A DNA stretch of 45,091 bases from Phoronis australis (Eukaryota; Animalia; Phoronida), in contig NMRA01000121.1 of NCBI GenBank assembly GCA_002633005.1, positions 876,849 to 921,939 on the forward strand, in the 5' to 3' direction. Position numbers and translations under genes: made by a program. The notes under the pieces are model-generated. The model searched no databases. It was not told the origin of the DNA and worked only from the letters and a program-made list of their open reading frames with translations. Below are positions 37,701 to 45,091 of this stretch, in pieces. How positions within the stretch are numbered: the stretch's first letter is position 1; every line of letters starts with the position of its first letter.

Positions 37701-40700
37701 GTGTTCTCAAGAACAAAATAAAAAAATCTTATCTTGAGTTCAGGATAAGCACTAACAAAAGCTATCAGGTCTAAGTTGAAGTTCAATTCAAAGATTGAAT
37801 TTGTATTTTTCACTGATACCGCCAATAGTAACGCTCTTTTGATGGCATGAGCGACATAACTGTTTTTAGGGTTGAGGCACCAGATTTTGTTTTAAATACA
37901 AAGAAGAGTATGTTTACCTCACTTAACCAAAAATGTGACTCTGTCTAAGTAATGGCTGCCTTATTGTATCACTTAATTAGCACACAATGTGGTCGACGAG
38001 TGAAATTCTGTTTTCATTGTCAAATTTCTTCACAAAAATAAAGATTAAGAAAATTTTAGTCTACTACGCTCACGATTTGTACAGTGTAGATGTCACGAAC
38101 CAACATTTGATAAATTTTTCGTTATTTGTATCAAAGTAATCGGCCTTTGAAAAATGGAAAATGTCAATTTTGGAAATTATTTTTGTGCACAATAAGTGAT
38201 GAATTACTGTTGTAGTGTGTTGAGACTAACCGCCCCATTGTTCTTTTATTGTAGGTGAAGCAGCGTACTAAGAGGGTTTCTGATTTGTTCCAGTCCTACA
38301 CTCCGTATGACTACAAGGTTGGTTCCCTCTGGTGTGACGCAATCTTTTGCTCTAAAAGTTTTCAAAGGAGGTTTAATCTCTGTCTTTAAAGTGGCATAGA
38401 ATGTGAAAAATAGATTAAATTGCATCATTCCATATGGTTCTCTGCCCGTGAAACAAAAGTCAAACTGCTTATAAGGTATTTTTGCGGTTTGTTGGTAAAA
38501 ATTTCTGTTGACGTCAAAGCATTTTTCCTTTAGTTTCAAATTTGAAAAAACTGCTTGTCACTTCGTTTTTTTTTTCTCCCACAAGGCAAAGCATGTCCCC
38601 TTATTTGGTATGGCAAGACATTGACAAGATAGCACATTTCAGTGCTGGAAAATTTGACCTTTGGCCTTTGATGTAATCAAAACAATGTCGGTTATGCACT
38701 TGGGAAATGTTTACTGGATAATTCTTTGAGTGTATTCCCACATATAATATTAGGGCCGGCGAATTTGAAAACCATATTGGTATGAAAGAGTTTACATTTT
38801 GTCTGTGTTTCAAAAATAGTGAACCTGACAATTTTTCTAGAAATTCTTGCAATATTTAAAGCGAATGCCTCTCACATTAGCGTTTCCAAGAAATAGATTC
38901 GCCACGATTCATTCAAATGTATTATGAGTTTTTTCGTTCAGACCTCTTGAAGGTTAACTCTAGAATTGTCATTTTGCAGCATTGTACACCTGCCCATAAA
39001 ACTGCACTTTGTTCTTTTATTACGCTGGTTTCAAAAAATTCTAGAAATATATTGCTCCAGTAGGTAAGATCCTAAAACTGATTCACAGACAAAAATGAAC
39101 AAACATCGTTATTGTATTTGTAGATTTAGGATGTTGTAATGGTGGTGGGGGGCAACAATTTTTAAGGAAAATATCCATCTATGCTTCCCTGCAGCCATTT
39201 TGTCATGTCTTTGTGGATGTCCCAGACTCCCTTAAATCCCACTGTAATGCGCTGGGTTGTGTTCCTACGATTTTATGAAGGTTCATTGGAATGCATGTAG
39301 AGCACAATCTAGACTACTGAACATTAATAGCCTCATTACTGTGGTGCTCAAAAATATTAAGACATTGTTGTGCACAAAGCCAAATTTTATTCCAGCTTGT
39401 TCAAGTTTATTTGATAAGTGTCATTGTGTCGATGTTGGGTGTATTTTGCATACATGGGAAGATTAAGTAGCCCAAGCCTCTCTGAATTCCTATCTTTATT
39501 TATCCAAATATTTTTGTCCTTAACAGCAGTGTTGCTTCTGTGTGACCTTTGTTTTCATATTTCAGCATATTTCAGAGTAGCCCTGTTGGCTAGTAATGTA
39601 AGTACACATTTTGTTTTCAGCTCGGTCAGGTTCAGTCTGTATTGGTTACAGAGGTGTCACATGACAAGCAGTATTTTGTTGGACACAACAAAGCCTATGA
39701 TCAGGTTGGTAGTATTTTGCTCGAGACTTTCAGTGACACCTTTTGTATCATGAAACGCATCATACACACGTACTCTTTAATATGTATGTGTGTTAGTCTC
39801 AGTAATGTGTTTTAATGTAGTGGAACGCATTCCTCTTCATTCTCGGTCACAAGGGGAGACAACTCTGATGGTGAATTCGGCTAATGCCCAGCCATCATGA
39901 CAGGGAATATAGGGTCATTTTGTCTGAATACATTTGGTTTGTACTGTATATTATGATTTGTTGATGTATCTAGCAAAAAAAATAGGAAAATCCTTGTCTT
40001 CAGATTTTCTTACATGCCCCATTCACAAACTGGTTAATACTTATTTTGTTTGCAGTTTAGCAAGTAGTGAAAATGCCAGTAATGTGAAGGATAGCAAATG
40101 TCTCTTTTTCCAGCAGTTTGAGTTACTCCAAAACTGCTCGCATTTCGGCCTACACTTTTGTAGCCAGGACGCCTACATGCACACAGGAAGTAGGCCTGTG
40201 TTTATTGTTGCAGTGATTACTAATTATTGCAATGGACGAATTTGTTTCTATTAAAAGCAATTTGGGTGCTGAGGAAACTGATTTACTATTGGTACTGTGT
40301 GGACACTACATCTGTCATGTTAAAATGCTGGGTGTTATTGGCACTGAAAAGATGGAATTTTCACCACTCATGTAAACCTAGTATTAAACTTGCAAGTAAC
40401 CATGCCTGTACTCCGTATTGACATCAGAGGTAGTTCGATCTTCCCTTTGTTCGCAGGTGTTAGTGCCAAAGATGGATGACCTCATGGGTAAGATGGTGAC
40501 CGTGCGTATCACCTCGACAGGCAAGCACTACATGATGGGAGAACTCATAGACCCATCTGCAGCGGCGCGCCCTGTTGGCGTACCCACTCCTTTAGCCAAA
40601 GGAGAAGTGTCTGGAGTACAGTGTGTAAGTGACGTGCATTGATATCTCGACCACGCATCGGATGTTTCGCCACAGTTTTTGAATTAATACTCATTTTCTA

Positions 40701-42081
40701 CAATGTATATCTTTGTGAATGTACGTTGTTGGAAAATTTCAGCTGGTAAGATGCCAATGAGTCACTTGCTTGTGACTTACAATCTGCATATTTGGCTGTC
40801 AAGTTGTTCCACAAAAGTTAAGATTAAGACCATTTTGTTCCATTACCCATATCGTTTGTAGTGTGTGAAGATCATAAAACAACCTTTGGTAAATTTTCCG
40901 TTATTTGAGCAGGGTAGTCAGTTTTTGAAAATTGGAAAAACGATCATTTTGACAATTGTTGTTGTGCGAACAGTATTGGTCATTCATCTAAACACAAACT
41001 CCCAAATTCACACCCATGGCGGCTTATGACTCGTGTCTGATGTTTTAGTTTCTCAACTTAAACACCTCAGACATGAGCAGTGATAGATAATCAAATTGAA
41101 AGTTGTGAACATTACCAATAAAACCATAGACCTCTAAGAAAACAATGTTGACTGTTCACTTGGTGATGACTCTTTATGAGTCTGTTGCATTTTTAGGCAA
41201 TTCATGCTGAGTTGGCCGGCATAGACTACTTACAAACTAGGCACTTTTCACAATCACTGCATTAGATTGACTCCGCCAGGGTTAACTGGCTATGACATCT
41301 GATTGTTCCATAAGTCGGGAAGTCGTTGTTGAGAACCAATCAGATGTCTTAGCCAGTTGACTCAGCAAAGTCAATCTAGTGCAGCCAATATTAAAAGTGT
41401 GTCCAGGCAGAAAAGTTTAAGCATGTATCTCCTATTGCCACCAGGTGGCAACAGCTGTCAATTGTCTATTGTTTTCTAAAACTCTTACTAGCCAATCTTA
41501 CATGTCACTTTACATTTCTTGTATTGGATTATTCACTAGGGGATGTGTGGTGTCTCTGGGACTTTATTTATATTTTTATGATTGAAAGCCACTACCCATA
41601 AACTACTAACTCCATTAAGGTTTTGGTGTCAGCTGTTTTGTTTTTGGTGCAGGAAACCACATGCTACGAAGTCCTTGTAGCAAAGTTCAGTCTTCAGCAA
41701 AATCAGTTTTTCAGTTCATCCCAAGTCTTGAAATCACTTCTTCTGTAAGAATCGTACACATGCAGACTAATTTTATAGCAGTAATTTGTCTAATTCAAAG
41801 GGTTTTTTTAATCAAAGGTTGACAAAGGCAAGATACATTGGGCAATTGGTATTATTTCTCAAAGAGGTGAAGTTAACTGAAGTCAGATTTTAATTGTAAT
41901 ATCATTGTCCACAAGTAATTTCATTAAGTGTGGCCATTCGTCTTTTCAGGTAGAGGAAACAGAAAAGTCAGCTCAACACTCAACTTCTGTGTCCATCTGG
42001 TTAAAGCTAGCAACTTTTATTTTACTCGCAGCCATTTCTATCAGATTATCTACTCTGTTTTATCCGGAAAGCATTTTATAG
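25645..42081 (+). CDS. CDKAL1: Threonylcarbamoyladenosine tRNA methylthiotransferase (radical SAM, MtaB-type); join(25645..25725,26845..27016,27791..27954,29301..29367,29959..30079,30728..30831,[31780..31946 or 33388..33554],34783..34928,36290..36350,37054..37173,38255..38317,39621..39704,40457..40624,41950..42081), 549 aa
   Basis: Open 1650-nt spliced CDS with these motifs: MIDDIEDIV; UPF0004 cysteines TWGCSHN / NSCTVKN / VAGCVPQ; radical-SAM CLNQCTYC; EIWLTSED; LHVPVQSAS; [10 protein letters not shown]; [12 protein letters not shown]; TRAM domain; C-terminal hydrophobic anchor. All introns are GT-AG with consistent phase. Confidence 0.97.
26845..27016 (+). CDS. CDKAL1: CDKAL1 coding exon B
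   Basis: VRARK...[39 protein letters not shown]; tttgtag acceptor, G|GTATGA donor. Confidence 0.95.
27006..27057 (+). repeat. 24-bp tandem duplication spanning the CDKAL1 exon B donor
   Basis: TAAGATCACAGGTATGAGCCA(C/T)TG x2, then TAAG. Confidence 0.95.
27791..27954 (+). CDS. CDKAL1: CDKAL1 coding exon C
   Basis: [28 protein letters not shown]...[16 protein letters not shown]; cttctag / CAG|GTGCAG. Confidence 0.95.
29301..29367 (+). CDS. CDKAL1: CDKAL1 coding exon D
   Basis: [22 protein letters not shown]; tttacag / G|GTTTGT. Confidence 0.94.
29959..30079 (+). CDS. CDKAL1: CDKAL1 coding exon E
   Basis: [41 protein letters not shown]; ttttcag / GG|GTGAGT. Confidence 0.95.
30213..30582. mobile_element. 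MITE with ~40-bp TIRs (PIF/Harbinger-like family)
   Basis: GGTCCGGGTCTAATCTTTGTACTCGAAATCAAACTCGAAATT versus the reverse of the right end GGTCTGGAGTTTAATCTTTGTATTCGAAATCGAACTCAAATT; relatives starting GGGCC at ~32105, 33722, 36622, 44892. Confidence 0.75.
30728..30831 (+). CDS. CDKAL1: CDKAL1 coding exon F (radical SAM CxxxCxxC)
   Basis: [34 protein letters not shown]; tttgatag / G|GTAAGT. Confidence 0.96.
31780..31946 (+). CDS. CDKAL1: CDKAL1 coding exon G, copy 1
   Basis: [56 protein letters not shown]; atttcag / GAG|GTATGT. Confidence 0.92.
32493..32845. repeat. 40-bp minisatellite (~8.8 copies, truncated by the N gap)
   Basis: Unit ACAGAATAATACACAGTTATGTTGAGTTCACTAAGCTAGA. Confidence 0.97.
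33388..33554 (+). CDS. CDKAL1: CDKAL1 coding exon G, copy 2 (duplicate or second haplotype)
   Basis: Same peptide and splice sites as copy 1; three synonymous differences. Confidence 0.88.
34783..34928 (+). CDS. CDKAL1: CDKAL1 coding exon H
   Basis: [48 protein letters not shown]; cccgcag / AG|GTCTGG. Confidence 0.95.
35590..35750 (-). mobile_element. Terminal fragment of a DNA-transposon family (Kolobok-like), homologous to ~42704-43020
   Basis: Reverse complement GGACCCTAGCAAAATTCTAAATTTGGCTAACTTTGGAACGTCATATCTCAG matches 42716-42770; both ends lie next to TTAA. Confidence 0.55.
36290..36350 (+). CDS. CDKAL1: CDKAL1 coding exon I
   Basis: [20 protein letters not shown]; tttacag / AAG|GTAAAT. 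Confidence 0.94.
36622..36960 (+). mobile_element. Decayed copy of the GGGCC/actcgaaat MITE family
   Basis: GGGCCCGGGGTCCAATCTTTGTGCTGGAAATC start; internal similarity to 30213-30582. Confidence 0.55.
37054..37173 (+). CDS. CDKAL1: CDKAL1 coding exon J
   Basis: [40 protein letters not shown]; ttttgcag / GAG|GTCAGT. Confidence 0.95.
38255..38317 (+). CDS. CDKAL1: CDKAL1 coding exon K
   Basis: [21 protein letters not shown]; ttgtag / AAG|GTTGGT. Confidence 0.93.
39621..39704 (+). CDS. CDKAL1: CDKAL1 coding exon L (TRAM domain start)
   Basis: [28 protein letters not shown]; ttttcag / CAG|GTTGGT. Confidence 0.93.
40457..40624 (+). CDS. CDKAL1: CDKAL1 coding exon M
   Basis: [30 protein letters not shown]...[12 protein letters not shown]; ttcgcag / TGT|GTAAGT. 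Confidence 0.94.
41240..41404. mobile_element. Fold-back (palindromic) MITE in the last CDKAL1 intron
   Basis: CTGCATTAGATTGACTCCGCCAGGGTTAACTGGCTATGACATCTGATTG pairs with CAATCAGATGTCTTAGCCAGTTGACTCAGCAAAGTCAATCTAGTGCAG around a ~20-25 nt loop. Confidence 0.8.
41950..42081 (+). CDS. CDKAL1: CDKAL1 terminal exon (ER tail anchor)
   Basis: tcttttcag acceptor, phase 0; [46 protein letters not shown]; a C-terminal hydrophobic helix is typical of animal CDKAL1. Confidence 0.85.
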   Translation, partial: VEETEKSAQHSTSVSIWLKLATFILLAAISIRLSTLFYPESIL

Positions 42082-42106
42082 TATTAATTTGCCCACAGAG
42101 TTTAAT

Positions 42107-42295
42107 AATAAATTATGGTGTCTAAATTTTCTGTTGTATTTATCTGTCATTTACAGAGGTTTTCTTAAGTTTTTATTTTGCGTATTCATTTATTGAACAT
42201 CTCACAAAACAATTGAATTCATTATGTTCAACATAGAGCAAGGAAAACCCTATTATTCTGAGAAATTATTTTGTTCTTGTCTGTTTATAAATAAA
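42107..42295 (+). terminator. Candidate CDKAL1 poly(A) signals
   Basis: AATAAA at 42107-42112 and 42290-42295, downstream of the stop codon. Confidence 0.5.
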
Positions 42296-42838
42296 GAAAG
42301 AGTTCCTCAAAATTGAACTTTTTTGTGAATCTTGCTTAGTGTAAAAAATTGTACTGGATTAATACGGTGAAACTGGCTTATAAGTCGGATTCAGTCAGAC
42401 TGGGAGATTTTAAGCAAATAATGCGAAATCAGTCCAATCTGAAGGGCTGAGTGCAGGAACTGGAGCAACTCTTCAGCTTGTGCATGTCCACCTTATGCAG
42501 GTTCACTTTATTATGTTCCTCCAGCTTGTGATCCCATAAGTTTCAAAGAACATTCATTGGTGTTTTGTCCATATGTACATGTTCACTGTTTTAACCATTT
42601 AAAACAAGAGTCAGTCATGGCTATATTGTCCTGCATTACTAATAATTTTCAGTGTTGCTTTTAGCCATTGAGATAATTGATGATTGAGAACTCCATTTGC
42701 CGTTAAGGTTATGTGGGACCCTAGAAAAATAGCCAAATTTGGCTAACTTCAGGACATTGTATCTCAGAAATTCCTGTTCTGATTGGTGTGAAATTTTCAG
42801 ATGGTATGCTTTAACCGATGTTCTCCAAACTACTTTTA

Positions 42839-42992
42839 CAGGGGCGGATCAAGGATTTTGAGTTGGGGGAGGGGGGCAGGGCAGAGTATTAGCCAGAAAT
42901 TTGCCCTTCAGACATTCCCACCCCCAAAGTGCCAAATGGAATATGGGAGAATTTTAGGGGGGCCTTGCCCCCCCCCCTTAAATCCGCCACTC
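42839..42992. mobile_element. Second copy of the 19748-19904 MITE
   Basis: Colinear homology over its full length; flanks TTTTA / TGTTA (5-bp TSD, one mismatch). Confidence 0.85.
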
Positions 42993-43029
42993 TGTTAGGA
43001 ATTGCTTTTGTAGGTACTCTTTCTTTTAT

Positions 43030-43870
43030 ATTCCTCAGGGATGCGTTTCATCTGTTGAAAGATATCACTAAAATTTAAACATTTCGTCCACCTTATCAAA
43101 ATTGCCTACTCAAAATCAGTATTGAACAATCTTAGTAATAGAGATGTACCCTTACTGGAATTTTATCAAGCTCTCCTCCCATTGCAGCGTTTGAGACAAG
43201 CTGACCAAATCGCAGTAAAAATTACTTCATTGATGTGGATGTTTTGGGTAGGGTCAAATCCTCGAATCGAAATCGTTGAATCTGCACCATACAACATAAT
43301 CGTTGTGTTAAACGTTTTTAACCTCATTTGCACAGGGATGTCACTGTGTTTAGACATGTGCCTTTTAGTACAAAAATAACTTGACAGACGAGAAATTTGT
43401 GCTTTTATAAATACACCCTTAGGTGTAAATTTGGTGCCCAAATAATTATACTCCGTCCGAAGTCGTTTGTACCGTTTCACCTAATAAATTCCATTTCTCG
43501 TAATTGTTCAAGTATTCTGATCTTTGTCGGAAGACGATCTTTTTTCTTTTCGACAGTATTCACACGAAGCTTCCATTTACTACAATATTCTTCTAGTTTG
43601 ATGATCTGTTATTTCACAGCAATAGCGATATCTGTAATTAGAACCAAGTAATCTGCAAAGAGCAGTAATTAAATATAAAGTTATTTTGATAGACCAATAT
43701 TTACAAACAAACCATGTGCATTTTGCAAATCACTTGAAAATCATTCACAAACAAGAGGAAAAAATTATTGAATAGAGTTACAGCCAATAACAAACTGAAA
43801 TCGCTCTCTTGACTAAACTGAGCTGAAACATTGCTTTCATCGGTAATACTGTATATGTTAATAAAAACAA
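43030..43870 (-). mobile_element. Decayed non-LTR retrotransposon RT fragment
   Basis: Minus strand LLLFADYLVL (FADD motif, ~43640-43670); EYNYLGTKFTPKGVF; LKTFNTTIMLYGA. Confidence 0.8.
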
Positions 43871-44233
43871 CGATGGATTTGCTATCATTGTAATACTGTT
43901 AAGTTTGATACAACTAGCAAGACATCTGGTCGCGAAAACAGAACAAGAACTAGACTTTACCCATCAGGGGCCTCTGCTAGATATGTGGCTGAGGTTTGAA
44001 ATACCAACCTAATTTACAATTGCCTTGTGAATCTCATATGGAGATTTTCAACGCGTGCAGAGCCTTGGTTCATTATTTTGATTCCCGATCGACGTGTGTG
44101 TCATTAGAGAAGACAGGAGGCAAGACCTAAGAAAACGCCGGCCCGGCGTCGTGCTGTTTTCAGGGCTTATGCGAGGTTTTCTTTCAAAATTGGGGTTAGG
44201 AACCTTGCGAAATTTCTGGGACAGCTTCTTAAA

Positions 44234-44355
44234 CATGGACGGCGCAACACTGAAAAAAGTGAGGGCTGTAGCCCCCTTGTGGTGCACCGCCATGGGCGGC
44301 GCAGCTCTGGAAAAAGTGGGGCTAGCCCTCAGCCCCCTATGGCGCGCCGCCCATG
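44234..44355. mobile_element. Tandem pair of ~60-65 bp miniature inverted-repeat units
   Basis: CATGGACGGCGC..GCACCGCCATG followed by CATGGGCGGCGC..GCGCCGCCCATG, sharing a CATG; flanks TTAAA / TTAGA. Confidence 0.7.
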
Positions 44356-44891
44356 TTAGATCCGCCATCCTGGATGTGACGATCGGTGTGTGACGGACAG
44401 TAACGATGCGTAAATGACAGGTATATAAAAAGTATATTTTCGACACCTGGACTCGGCGTGCAATATTAGCTTGTTTCCAGAGATGAAATGGAGACCGAAG
44501 GTTAGCGTAAATAGGTAATTTATTATGACTACAATAGTGTTGCAACGCAATGTAAGAAAATTGTCTAGTAGTAACATGATATCTAAGGAAACATGAGCAA
44601 TAAAAAAAACGCCAGTAAAATTTTATTTAAGGTCGAGACAGGTAATAACAAAGGAACAATGGTGACAATTCCGTATTATACATAAGAAACTAATATATGA
44701 AACAGGAGATACTACCACAAAGGCATAATAATAGCAAAGTAATATAATCACGATACAGTGTACATCAGTAGACTACTTTGTCTGTGCGACAGTCATAGTC
44801 AGGGGCACACTATAGATCCGGTTATCGTATTTACCTGAGTATCCAAGGTCCAGGATCCACGTAACGTTTGCTTTGCTGACTTGATTATCCT

Positions 44892-45091
44892 GGGCCCAGT
44901 CTCCAATCTTTTTACTCGAAATGGAACTCGAAATTAGGTTTGGCATTTTCTACTCTACTTTTGGGCGAAATCAAGATAAGTGTCTATTATTCTATGCTCG
45001 AGTACACAATAACTCACGTAGATAATTTATTGCCCTTAGTTCACAGTTTGTAAACCCAATATTAAAGCAATAAGTTCGAGTTTGAACTCGA
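44892..45091 (+). mobile_element. Left part of another GGGCC/actcgaaat MITE (runs off the window)
   Basis: GGGCCCAGTCTCCAATCTTTTTACTCGAAATGGAACTCGAAATT; internal tctattatt..ctc shared with the 32105 and 33722 copies. Confidence 0.65.

Noticed and set aside
5707-42081. Functional coupling of COX5B and CDKAL1 as an operon-like unit
   Set aside because: They are ~7 kb apart with TE-filled spacer, apparently separate promoters and unrelated pathways; nothing in the sequence supports co-transcription
44048-44545. Longest ORF in the track (165 aa) and the overlapping 99-aa ORF
   Set aside because: They run through GC-rich MITE-like sequence that lowers stop frequency; no recognisable domain

Overview
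Intron-rich animal nuclear DNA (AT-rich; TE content suggests a marine invertebrate/lophotrochozoan, which is inference). It is not prokaryotic, so almost all entries in the ORF track are spurious or exon/TE fragments. Two complete spliced genes on the + strand can be rebuilt with GT-AG sites and consistent phases. COX5B has 4 exons (5707-17369, 140 aa). CDKAL1, the tRNA-Lys(UUU) ms2t6A methylthiotransferase, has 14 confident coding exons (25645-42081, 549 aa from the 25645 ATG) plus a candidate upstream exon at ~24569-24578. Introns and intergenic DNA hold decayed LINEs, a Penelope-like element with a degenerate hammerhead motif, a Helentron/pearl-like element, several MITE families and two minisatellites. 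The most striking anomalies are four: a ~1.3-1.6 kb tandem duplication containing a whole CDKAL1 exon (joined at a single N, most likely two haplotypes); a 24-bp duplication giving four in-frame splice donors; a possible uORF overlapping the CDKAL1 start; and a 9-bp-TSD MITE carrying paired CTCF-like motifs just upstream of CDKAL1. I found no well-supported wholly new biological system.
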